A DNA stretch of 64,000 nt from the human T2T-CHM13v2.0 reference genome, Homo sapiens. The translations under genes were made by a program, and so were the position numbers. The DNA is taken from NCBI RefSeq assembly GCF_009914755.1, contig NC_060942.1, one strand, 5' to 3'. The notes below the pieces were generated by a model. The model had not been told where the DNA came from. It ran no database searches and saw only the letters and a program-made list of their open reading frames with translations. Shown here piece by piece: positions 1 through 12,224 of this stretch; within the stretch, counting starts at the first letter, position 1; the number at the start of each line of letters is the position of its first letter.

Positions 1-936
1 TAGCCACTAATGGTTTTTTGAATTTCTGTAGTATCAGTTGTAATGTCTCCTTTTTCATGTTTGATGTTATTTATTTGGATCTTTTTTTTTTTTTTTTTTT
101 AGTCTGGCTAAATGTTTGTCTGTTTAACTTTTCAAAAAAACAACTTTTTGGTTCAGTGATCTTTGATATTCTTTATTTCAGTGTCATTTATTTCTTCTCT
201 GATTTTTGTTATTTATTCTACTAAACTTGGGTTTGGTTTGTTCTTTCTTTTAAATTATTCATTTGACATTTTTCTTTTTTTTTTTTTTTGTTGTAGGCAC
301 TTATAGCTCTAAACTTTCCTCTTAATAGTGCTTTTGCTGTATCCCATAGGTTTTAAATGTTGTGTTTTCATTGTCATTTGTTTCAATAAATTTTTTAATT
401 TCCTTCTTAATTTCTTCATTGACCCACTGGTCATTCAGAAACATTTTGTTTAATTTCCATGTATTTGTATAGCTTCCAAAATTCCTCTTGTTATTGATTT
501 CTTTTTTATCCCATTGTGGTCAGGGAAGATGCTTGGTATTATTTATATTTGTTTGAATGTTTTAGGACTTTTGTGACCTAACATATGGTCTCTCCTTGAG
601 AATGATCCATGTGCTGAGGAAAAGAATGTGTATTCTGCAGCCTTTGGATGAAATGTTCTGTAAATATCTACCAGGTTCATTTGGTCTATGGTGCAGAATA
701 AGTTCAATGTTTCTTTGTTGATTTTCTGTCAAGAAATACTGAAAGTGGGATGTTGATATCTCCAGCTATTCTTGTATTGGGGTCTCTATCTCTCTTTAGC
801 GCTAATAATATTTTCTTTATATATCTGGGTGCTTCAATGTTGGGCCCATATATATTTACAATCATTATAGCCTCTTGCTAAATTGACCCGTTTATCATTA
901 TATAGTGACCTTCTTTGTCTCTTAAAGTTTTTTTTG

Positions 937-968
<32 letters not shown>

Positions 969-2546
969 TCTTGAAAGCTATTGTCTCCATAGAGCTCCTC
1001 CTGCTCTCTTTCAGTTTCTATGTGCCTGGAATATCTTTTTCCATCCCTTTATTTTTAGTTTACCTGTGTCTTTATGCCTGAAGTATGTTTCTTGTAGGCA
1101 ACAGATTATTGAGTCTTGTTATTTAAATTAATGTCGTCACTCTTTGTCTTTTGATTGGAGAGTTTAGTCCTTTACATTCAATGTTATTGATAAGTAAGGA
1201 CTTACTCCTGCCATTTTGTTATTTGTTTTCTGGTTGTTTTGTGATCTTCTCTTATTTCTTTCCTTCCTGTCTTTCTTTTAGTGAAGTTGATTTTCTGTGG
1301 TGATACCATTTAGTGTCTGGCTTTTTTGTGTGTGTGTAAACATTGTATGTTTTTTGATTTAAAGTTGCCATCAGGGTTGCAAATACTATTGTATAACTCA
1401 TTATTTTAAGCTGATAACAACACTGCATAAACAAACAAACCAGCAAAAAGAAAACGAATAATGCTCTATGCCTCTTTAATATTTTGTAGTTTCTGTTTAT
1501 ATCTTCTTGCACTATGTCTTGAAAAGTTGTTATAGTTTTTTTATTGGTTCATTGTTAATTCTTTCTAATTAACATAAGTTCATTGTTTATTCTTTCTACT
1601 AAATATAAGAGTAGTTTACACACCACAGTTATAGTGTTATATTCTGTGATTTTCTGTGTACTTACTATTACAAGTGAGCTTCAGATGATATATTGCTCAT
1701 TAACATCCTTTTCTTTCTAATCGAGGTACTCCCTTTAACATTTCTTGTAGGACAGGTCTGCTGTTGATGAAATCCCTCAATTTTTGTTTGTCTATGACAG
1801 TCTTTATTCCCCTTCATGTTTGAAGAATATTTTTTTCCAGACATATTCTTCTAGGATAAAAGTTTTTTTTCCTTCAGCACTTCAAATATGTCATGCTACT
1901 TGCTGCTGGCCTGTGGGGTTTCCACTGAAAAGTTTGCTGCCAGATGTATTGGAACTCCATTGTATGTTGTTTGTTTCTTTTTTCTTGCTGCTTTTAGGAT
2001 CCTTTATCCTCGACCTTTGGGAGTTTGATTATTAAATGCCTTGAGGTAGTCTTTGGGTTAAATCTGCTTTTTGTTCTATAGCCTTCTTGTTCTTGGATAG
2101 TGATATCTTTCTCTAAGTTTGAGAAGTTCTCTGTTATTTTCCCTTTGAATAAACTTTCTACCCCGGTCTCTTTCTCTACCTCTTCTTTAAAGGCCAGCAA
2201 CTCCTTTTTAAGTCCAATAACTCTTAGATTTGCCTTTTTGAGGCTATTTTCTAGTTCCTATAGGTGTGCTTCATTTTTTAAAATTCCTTTTTCTTTTGTT
2301 TCCTCTGACTGTGTATTTTCAAATAGCTGGTCTTCAAACTCATTGGTTGTTTCTTCTGCCTGACCTATTCTACTATCAAATGACTCATGCATTCTTCAGT
2401 ATGCTAATTGCGTTTTTCAGCTCTAGAAATACTGATTGATACTTTTTAATTATTTCAGTCTTTTTGTTAAATTTGTCTGATAGAATTCTGAATTCCTTCT
2501 CTGTGTTATCTTTAATTTCTTTGAGTTTCTTCAAACTCAAAACACA

Positions 2547-2826
2547 TTTTTTTTTTGAGTCAGAGTCTCACTCTGTTGCCCATGCTGGAGTGCAGTGGTG
2601 TGATCTCAGCTCACTGCAGCCTCCACCTCCGAGGTTCAAGTGATTCTCTTGCCTCAGCCTCCTGAGTACCTGGGACTACAGGCGCATGCCACCACACCTG
2701 GCTAATTTTTGTATTTTTAGTAGAGACAGGGTTTCACCATTTAGGTGAACTCCTGACCTCAGGTGATCCACCCTCCTCAGCCTCCCAAAGTGCTAGGATT
2801 ACAGGCATGAGCCACTGCACCTGGCC
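2547..2826 (-). mobile_element. Alu (AluS-type) with a small internal deletion, inserted in the old L1
   Basis: Poly-T then gagtcagagtctcactctg...gccactgcacctggcc; aacaca on both flanks. Confidence 0.93.
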
Positions 2827-3131
2827 AACACAGCTATTTTTAATTCTCTGAAAGGTCACATATTTCAGAATTGGTCCCTGGTGACTTATTTAGTTCATTT
2901 GGTGAGGTCATATTTTCCTGGATGGTCTTGATACTTGTAGACGCTTATCTGTATCCGGGCATGGAAGAGTTAGGTTTTTACTGTAGTCTTCTCAGTCTGG
3001 GCTTGTTTGTACACTGGCAAGGTTTTCCAGATATTCTAAAGGACTTGGGTGTTATGGTCTAAGCTGTATCTGCATTAGGGGGCACGCTGATCCCAGTAAC
3101 TCTGTGGTTCCTGAAGAGAAGACTCATGGAG

Positions 3132-3499
3132 TGTATTAGTCTCTTCTCAGGCTGCTGTGAAGAACTGCCCGAGACTGGGTAATTTATAAAGAGGTTTCAT
3201 TGACTCACAGGTACACATGGCTGGGGAGGCCTCAGGAAACTTACAGTTATGGTGGAAGGGGAAGCAAACACATCCTTCTTCACATGGCAGCAGGAGAGAG
3301 AAGTGCTGAGCAAAGGGGGAAAAGTCCTTTATGAAACCATCAGATTTTGGGAGAACTCACTCACTATCATGAGAAAAGCAGGATGGGGTAACTGTCCTGT
3401 TTTAATTACCTCCCCCCAGGACCCTCCCACGACATGTGGGGATTATGGGAACTACGATTCAAGATGAGATTTGGGTGAGGACACAGCCAGATGATATCA
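3132..3499 (-). mobile_element. THE1 (THE1C/D-like) ERVL-MaLR solo LTR
   Basis: tgtattagtc...gacacagccagatgatatca; 5-bp TSD tggag/tagag (4/5). Confidence 0.92.
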
Positions 3500-5143
3500 T
3501 AGAGGTACCACTTTAGTGGTCTTGGACAAGATCTGGAAGAATTCTCTGGATTACCAGGTAGAGAGACTCTTGTTCTCTTCCCTTAATTTATCTCCCAAAA
3601 AACAGAGTCTCTGTCTTTGTTCTAAGCCACCTGGAGCTGAGGGTGGAGACACAAGCACCCCTGTGCCCACTATCTCTAGAATTGCTCTGGGTCAAACCTG
3701 AAGCCTGTACAGCACTGGGTCTTTCCCAGGGCCTGTTGTAAGAACTCCCTGGCTATCACCTAATTTCACTCAAGGCCTTGGGGCTCTACAGTCAGCAGAT
3801 GGCAAAGCCAGTCAGGCCTGTCTCCTTCCCTGCAGGGTGGAGAGCTCCCCTAGGCCCAGGTAGGGCCAAAGGTGCTGTCCCAGGTGCATGGAATTTGAGT
3901 CAAAAACCTTAGAAGTTTACCTGGTGTTCTGTTGTCCTGTGGCTGAGCTGGCACTCAAACCACAAGTTGTGGTCATTCCCACTCTTCCCTCCCCTTTCCA
4001 AAGGCAGAGGTGCCTCATTCCATCGCCACAGCCACCATGGGCCCACAGGGAGTACTGCCAGACTACCACCAGAGCTCCCTTCTGGCCCAAAGGGCTCCTA
4101 AGTCAGCCTGTGGTGAATGCTGCCTTGACTCTTGGATAGCATTTCTGGACTCACCCTTCATAGCAGTATGCTCCCCTCTGGCACAGGACATGTCCAGAAA
4201 TGCCATCCAAGAGTCAAGTCCTGGAACCAGGGACCCCCAAATGCCCACTTGGTGCTCTACCCCACTGTGCCCGAGGTGGTACCTAGGGTGCAAGACAAAG
4301 CCCTCTTCATTTTTTCCCTCTGCTTTTCTCAGGTGGAAGGAGTCTTGCCTCGTATAGCCACCACAGCTGGGAATGTGCTGAGTCTCACCAGAAGCCAGCA
4401 AGTCTCAGAGGCTCACCAAGGCCCTTGACATAGCACCTCAGCATCCCTGCTGGCTATTCAGAACCCTTGGACTCTCAGTCAGCAGGTGATGAATTCTGCC
4501 AGGACTAGGTCCTTCACTTCAAGGCAGTAGGTTCCCTTCTGGCCCAGGGTGTGTCTAGCAATGTCATCTGGGAGCTAGAAGCTGGAAAGGGGGCCTCATG
4601 ATTCTGAGCATTGCCCTATCCTGCTGTGGCTGAGCTAGTATTATAGATGTAAGATAAAGTCCTCCCCAGACTTCCCCCACCTCTGCCCAAGCAGAGGGAT
4701 GGGGTCTCTGTTGGAGCCACAAGCTGTGGAGCTTGGGCTTAGGGTAGGAATGATGCCAATACTTCTTTAGCTGCCCTTGGGGATGTCTCAGTGGGTTACA
4801 TGCCACCAAGTCCACTGGCTCTGGGCCCAGTTCAGCACTAGGCCTCACCTACGAGTTCCAGTCCTTGTGGCCTAGACTGCCTTTCAAGTTTGGGTTCCAG
4901 AGTACTTTAACTTGCTTGAGAGGCATGTGGGAGTTCAAGTTCGGACTGTTGGGACTGGTGATTCCCCTCTTTCTAGGGCTGGTTTAAATGCTCCCTTCAT
5001 GGGTGGGCATCAGTTGAGTTTGCTCTGGTTTTGTTTTCTGCTGTAACAAGGCAGCACTGAGTTTAGTGCCTCATGGCTGCTGTGCTCCCCTCTCCCCAGC
5101 ACACAGAAATACTCTCTGCACCATGTTGCTGATATGTGTGTAT

Positions 5144-5203
5144 GGGGTGGGGTGGGGGGTGGGGTGGAGGTGGGGGGGGAGGGCAGGGTGATGGGGGAGG
5201 GGT
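5144..5203 (+). repeat. G-rich tract, potential G-quadruplex
   Basis: Nine or more G3+ runs with short spacers. Confidence 0.7.
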
Positions 5204-6321
5204 GGTGTCCTTGGCAATTCAAGACTGTTTTTCCCACCTCTTCAGTGCCTCTTTCAGAGATAAGTTAAAACCAGTTACTGTGTGTGCTCACCTGATTTTT
5301 GGTTCGTAAGAAGGTGCTTTTTTAGTGTAGATAGGTGTTAATTGGTGTCCTTGCAGGAAAGACCATCCTTCTCTGCCCCCTGTCTGAGTTTTAAATTTTA
5401 CTCTAGATATTTTTTCAAGAAAAAAGGTATATGTGTGATTAGTTGAGAACTAAATTACTTATTGGAGGACACATATAGACATAAGGTGATTAGGCAAATT
5501 CTTCCTCTGAAGGTATCGTATTTTGAAGCACTTGTTTGCTATCATACCTGGGTGCTATGAGAATCACTTGATAGATCTGCCTCCAAAAACTGACAGTGTA
5601 ACTTTCCTGATCTGGATTTCTTAGCATTCTGGCAGGGTCTGTGCTATAAAAGCCATTGGCAGTGTGTCTGTTATTTTCAGGCAAGATTCAACTTCCTGTT
5701 CAGACTCCAGAACTTGCTGTAGCAGGAAATTGACAAATGATCAGAAATGTGCCTTCAGTGACTAGCCTCTGTGATGTTGTGTTTTGTTCAAAGGATGAAT
5801 TGGCTTTATGTAGAATAAAAGCCATTGGAAACATATGGTACAACAGTTGGCTGTAGAATTTGTTTTGTTATAACTTCAGAAGCTGCTACTATTTTGCTTT
5901 GACATGCCCTTGAAAATCCAAGATGCTTTGGTCAATGTGTTTGTTATATTAAAACTAACATAAATTTTAGTGGAAGTTTGGTAGTGTAAGACAGGCTTCA
6001 CTTATTTTTTGTGTGTGTTCCAAATTGACCTGAGATGAAAGGACAAGATGTAATTTGTAAAGTACCACAATAGAAGTAACTGGAGAAGCTATGTGCAAAA
6101 ATCAGGCTCATTATTTTATAGTCACATAGCATCATTTTAAGTTCCTTGAACTGAAAAGCAGATCTCATACAAGGAATTTCTAGCCATGTTGAGCCCATGG
6201 TGAATTGTAAGTGATCATAATATAGCCAAAAATGTGTAATTCAGAAAAGATACAGGGGCTGTTCTGGAGCTTTGCTTTTGCATATTGCTTCCTTATAGGA
6301 ATAGAATAGTTGTATTTCTAA

Positions 6322-6677
<356 letters not shown>

Positions 6678-7497
6678 CAAATCATTTCTTAATGTGAAAA
6701 ATGATTAGCACTTGATTATTCAGAGAGTATGTACAGGTTATCTGGCACCACGGTTGCTTAAATACTCTGACATTAGCATAATCGTGAAACTAGTCAGTTA
6801 ACTAGAAAATGAAATGCCTTACACTACTGAAGCTATGAGTGGCCCCTTGTAGGTGATTTGAGCATTCTGTACAATGCCATTACGATCTGTAGGTTCAGAA
6901 ATTTTATAGGATGAAACTTGGCTTGGAAGTGGGGTGTGTAAAAGTGCTAGAACAAAACAACCTACTTATATTTTGAAATTTTTATTCTTCATAGATATAA
7001 ATATGACAATTTATGTTATTATTTTTTTTTTCTTTGCTGCTCTCTTTAGCTTTTCTTGGTGACTTTGGCTTTTTCAGAGGCTTACTTAGTATGAAGGAGT
7101 GTGACTGTAGGTCCAGTTCCTTGAGCAGGTGAGGGCACCTGGAGCTGAAGAAGTTGATGACTTAGATCCATGTTCCCAGAAACACCAAGCATGTCTGCTT
7201 CCTTTTTCTTTTAGACCCACTTTCACATAAAGATAGGAAAAATATGAGGCTAAATGAACCTCTGGTTTATAAGGTTAGTTTGTAAGTAATAATGAAGGGA
7301 CACGAGGGTGATATGAACAATTATGTGAGAACAATAGGTATAAGCCAGGGCTGTTCTGGGCAAAATGGTTGTCACCCCGATAATAACTAACATGCTTTGA
7401 TCATTTTTTCATTGCCTGGCATTATGCTAAGCATCTATGGGCGTTAACTCAAGCCACCCAACTAACCAATGAAGTGTAGGTACTATTTTCTTATCCT

Positions 7498-7913
7498 TAT
7501 GATGGTTAATTTGTGTCCACTTGGCCAGGTAGTGGTGCCTAGTTGTTTGGTCAAACAGAAGTCCAGACGTTGCCGTGAAGATATTTTTAGATGAGATTAA
7601 CCATTTAAATCAGTGGGCTTGAGTTGAGATTAACATTTAGATAAGTAGACTTTGAGTAAAGCAAATTACCCACCATAATATGGGTGAGCCTCATTCAATC
7701 AATTGAAAGCTTTTAGAAAAGAGACAGAGTTTTCCTAAGGAAGAAGGAATTTTCAAGATTGTAACATAGAAACCCTGCCTGAGTTTCCAGCCTGCTTAAT
7801 TTGGACTTGCCAGCCCCAACACTTACATGAGACAGTTTCTTAAAATCTCAATCAATCTCTCTCTCTGGCTTTCTGTACATATGTTTATGTGTGTGTGTGT
7901 GTATATATATATG

Positions 7914-7949
<36 letters not shown>

Positions 7950-8003
7950 CATATATATATATATGTTTCTCGTGTGTGTATATATATATATATGTTTCTC
8001 ATA

Positions 8004-8085
<82 letters not shown>

Positions 8086-8180
8086 ATGAGCCAGGTTCCT
8101 CTGGAGATTCATGTAGTGCCTTTATGTTTCTCATATATCTACTATTGATTCTGTTCCTCTGGAGAAACCTGGCTTATACA
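7498..8180 (+). mobile_element. MLT2D-like ERVL solo LTR with internal microsatellite expansion
   Basis: tatgatggttaatttgtgtccacttgg...gttgtttggtcaaaca...ctggagaaacctggcttataca. Confidence 0.88.
7887..8081. repeat. Compound microsatellite (TG)n(TA)n(GA)n, present twice
   Basis: Seen directly. Confidence 0.97.
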
Positions 8181-8806
8181 ATCTCCATTTTACAGATAAA
8201 AGCACAGAGAGGTCAGTTAACTCAGCTAAAGTCACACAGCTTATAACTGGCAAACATGAGATTTGCAACTAGATTTTTGGACTCCAGGGCTCACATGTTT
8301 TACTGTTAAGCTTTATTGCCTCTTAAAAACAGAAACAAAACAACATCAAGAGAAAGCTTTTATGATTTTTCATTCAACTGGCCCTGTCTCTCCTGAGAGT
8401 CTCCATTGTTAAGCAGCTGGCTGTTTTCTTTAACTTAGGACCCTGAAGCAAAGTTTTGTGATTATTTTGTATCACTATTACAGGGGACCACAGGCATTTC
8501 TGGTCAAGATTCTGCATTCTTTAATTGCCCTTATAGATAGTTTATTCAGGGCATGTGAAGGAATATTTCTGTGCAGTTTTAGAATTTCTGATAGGTGTTT
8601 TAGGGGAAGACCTACTCCCAGACTACTAATATATTATCATTGTCATCATGAGTTAGTGCTAATTCAGATGTGATACTCTAGGCTAGCGTTTCCCAAACCT
8701 GCTTGAATGGGCTGTTGCATGAACAACATTGCAACTTTCATTTTCATGTTACACTGGAATATGGAATTTTTGTATAACATTAGTATTTTGAGGCACTATA
8801 TAACAT

Positions 8807-9330
8807 ATGTATTTGTCATCTATTGCTGCATGGCTCAAAACAACAATCATTGTTATGCCTCTCAGTTTCTGTTGTCTGACATTCAGATAGGACACAATGG
8901 GAATGGATTATCTCTGTTCCATCATGTGTGGGGCTTCAGCTAGAGGTCTCAAGTACCAGGGCCTGGAATCATCTGAAGGCTTGTTCACTCACAAGTCTAG
9001 AAATTAATGTTGACTGTCAGGTGTGGACCACCTGGGGCTGCTGCTGGGATAACATACATATGGCCTCTTCATGTGGTCTGGGATTCCTCACAACATGATG
9101 ACTTGATTCCAATGGCAAGCACCCTGAGGGGGCAGGTGGTCACTGCTGCACTGCCGTTCATGACCCAGCCTTGGATATCATGCAGCAGCACTTAGCCCAA
9201 AGTTGTAAAGACCCCACCAAGTTCATGTGAAGGGAATGTAGACCCCACCACTCAGTAGAGGAGTGTCTGTAACTTTTTAAGAAGAGCATGTGTAACAGGA
9301 TATAAGTGTGGCCATGATTGCGAAATACAA
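8807..9330 (-). mobile_element. MLT1 (H-like) MaLR LTR
   Basis: tctattgctgc...ctggaatcatctgaaggcttgttcactcaca...tggcctcttcatgtggtctgggattcctcacaacatg. Confidence 0.75.
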
Positions 9331-10280
9331 TGTCAGTATCCTCTTACCATAAGAATTCACATCATATGCTTCCTACATGTAAAATACACTCACTTCTTCC
9401 CCTTAAGATCTATAAATCTTATCCTCATTGGGATGTCAGATCAAAGTCTAGGATCTCAGCCCTTAAATCAGGTTCAAATATGGAAGAGATATTTTCATTG
9501 TGGATTTGCACAGCTTCTCAAATATAGATCTTAGTCTGAAGACCTGTGAACTAAAGAGACAAGTTATCTCCCTCCCACCCCCTCAACATGCAATGGTAGG
9601 ACGGGCAGAGGAGAACTTTCATGTAGAGCCTCCTGTTCAGGAAGGGTGGAAACAGAAGGCATGCACGAGTCACTGGTTCATAGAAACTCTGAAAAACCAC
9701 CTGGAATGTGATGTAATTACTTGACAAGGTCTCAGTCCTACTGCCTAGGAATGATTCTCCATAATTCTTGACTTCTGTCTGAGTCACTCCTCCTCTTCCC
9801 TAAGAAGTGGCCAGTTTCATTGGGTAGCTTTCCAAGTCTGATTTCTGCCTGTAGTACTTTTATTTTAGCCTCTTGGTAGTCCAAAGGTCTATTTTCATTG
9901 TAAGTGTCTCTGTCCATTTTGGTCTGAACTGGCAGTGTTTCTAATGGCAGTGTCAGACTAATTCTCTTAAAAATCCTATGGATCTCCTGTGAATCTTACT
10001 GAGGTTCATTTTGTTAGACAAAATTCACATTCATCAATCTCTTTGATGAATGAGATTCTTTGATGAATGAGAATCCCTTGAGATTCTGCTGAGGGATTAC
10101 CCTGTTAAGGTTTTTATAGACAGTACTGTTAATAGACAGGATCTATAAGGTATGTCCGTAAGATTCTTAGCCTTTTATCTGAATGAACAGTTCTCTGAGG
10201 CACTGACTTAACACGTTTCTGAGATTTTATTAAGGGCTTTTATAGTGTACCCTCAGCTTTTAAGAGTTGTTTTCTGGGAG
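9331..10280 (-). mobile_element. MLT1 internal (MaLR-int) remnant adjoining the LTR
   Basis: cctacatgtaaaatacactcac...cctgtgaactaaagagacaagttatct resembles MLT-int sequence. Confidence 0.55.
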
Positions 10281-10879
10281 GAATTCATGATCTGTCATAG
10301 GTAAGTATTAAACTAGAAAAAGTATGCATTCCAAAATTACTTTTTTTCTGAACAAGAATGAGAATATGGCTTTAATTGTGTTCAAAATTGTTGCATTTCA
10401 TGAGCTTGCATTTGCTAAGATGGATTAATGTATGATATCTTTGAGAAGTTCATGAAAACCTGACAAATGTCCACGTCAACTTATGCTTTATATAAGTTAG
10501 CTTGTGTGTTCAGTCACTTTTTTTGTGAAGCAGTGTAACCATACTAGTAATAATTTATGTGAAAAGCATCTCACTCTTTCATGACCGCAAAGTTCCTGCA
10601 GGATTTTCTTATGATCAAATATTTTACATTGTAAAAATTTTTCGATACACTGAAACCTAAATATCCTATAGGACAAATGAAACAGTCTGATTAGAAATGT
10701 TTTTCTGTTGCTGTTGATTTCTCCTTTTCACGTTTATGGACAACATTCCCTGTTATTCTAAGTTTGACAGTGTCTTTTTATTTTTGCCCTTCGTATTTCA
10801 ATGGAGGAAATTTAGAAATAAGACTTCCTTATCTTTCTTTCCAGAGTCTCTGTGGTGGTCCTCCGTGTCCATACATAAT

Positions 10880-11308
10880 AGTGCAGTTTTGCAGGTGGGA
10901 TTCCCTGGGAAGCCAACTCCAAGGTGCAGATTAGCATACAGGATGACTCTTAAGGGTTGCTCTTGGGGTCAGTGTCTAGTGGAGGGAAGGGAAGGAAGCA
11001 GCCTTACTTCCCCCTCTGCCCAATCCTGTAATACAGGCTCAGCAAAGGCCTCTGCTGACCCTATTTGAAACAGCTGAAGCTTGGCTGTTCTTTCAGAGTT
11101 GTCCTGAGTCAGGGCAAGGAGATTGAGTCTTTAGACCCCAGTGTTCATCAGTCATTTGATGCGGATTACCTCGGGCAAAAACACTCTCTTCATTCAAGGC
11201 AATTCTAGAGGATGACAGCTGATGGCCAGTAGTGTTTGCTGCAGCTGGGACCATAAGCTTTTTAGTCTTAAAGCAGAGGAGGGATGTACATCAGAGTGTC
11301 CACTCACA
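10880..11308 (-). mobile_element. ERVL LTR (LTR16-family-like)
   Basis: ttccctgggaagccaactc...gattagcatacagg...ttcagagttgtcctgagt...cagtcatttgatgcgg...catcagagtgtccac. Confidence 0.7.
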
Positions 11309-12224
11309 CGCCTGAAATAGAATGAGGTGGAAGAAGGCAAGACAAATTATTTGTATGTGATGGTGCTAGATCCCCCATTACATACAGCAGTGGTGTTTTT
11401 GGTTGATTTCTTTTTGTTTCTAAATAAAGGAAAATGTTTATATTACTGTACAGTGAATAAAACAATGAATTCTGTTCCAAAAGAATCATAGGTAACTTCA
11501 AACTCTTTTGACTGTTTTCCTGTATTTGCTATAACGAGTAAGAACTGTTTTTCTCTAGGATGTTAGGGTGTTGCTGTGGCGACTGGTGTCCTATGCTGTA
11601 CTTGTTATTGCCTCATCCTTCATCTGGGCCTGGTGGCCCTCTCCCGTGCTTCTGTAGCCGGGAATTATGCACAGCATGGTTGTTATCCTTACAGGATTGT
11701 TATTGGTTTGTGTTCCTGGGTTCCCCAATGAATTGGAGGGCTAGGCCATGTTTTATTAATTTCACCTGATTTGCCTAGGGAAGCGCACAGCCCTGGAGGG
11801 CACTCACTAAATGCTTAGTGAACTGACTCTTGCCTGCTTTCCTGTCCTAAGGCACTGTTTTGCCTACCTGCTTGTCTTCGGAGCTCTGCTCAGCTATTCT
11901 GAGTAGTTACTGCTGGCTACTAATTCTGATACCTAATCAGACCAGGGTTTCTGATGTCTCTTCCTCTTCAGTGTTCTTGCCCACCTTCTTATTCTACTGT
12001 ATTTTATCTTATCTCTGAGACTTCTTGGATGATCTACCCTTTATTTGATTTCTCTCCCTATTTCAGACTATCACTGTATTTTGAAGGATATAGCAACTTA
12101 TATTCAAGGAAGTAGTTTAAACTAGGAATCTTTGCAAGGTCCCTTAGAATTTCATCTGCAGTTAGTTATCTAGTAGTTGCCTCTTCACTGACAAAGAGCA
12201 GAGTGTAGTGTTGGATTTAGAGGG

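Larger units (their letters stand above)
1..5380 (-). mobile_element. Old LINE-1 (L1MA/L1M1-like): long 5'UTR, ORF1 and start of ORF2, degraded; runs off the window start
   Basis: Minus-strand ORF 1994-2200 (GVESLFKGKITENFSNLEKD...TTSRHLIIKLPKV) is L1 ORF1p-like; T-rich antisense ORF2 endonuclease-like sequence at 1-1200; GC-richer, internally repeated 5'UTR at about 2830-5380; interrupted by an Alu and a THE1. Confidence 0.85.
7380..8310 (-). mobile_element. MIR split by an MLT2D LTR (halves about 7380-7497 and 8181-8310)
   Basis: aggtactatt...atcc upstream resumes as atctccattttacagat...gcacagagagg...aagtcacacagct downstream. Confidence 0.75.

Noticed and set aside
3888-4848. Overlapping 80-115 aa ORFs on both strands
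   Set aside because: Chance frames in a GC-richer old L1 5'UTR
7823-8246. ORFs with SLSL, IYIY and ERER tracts
   Set aside because: Translations of dinucleotide microsatellites
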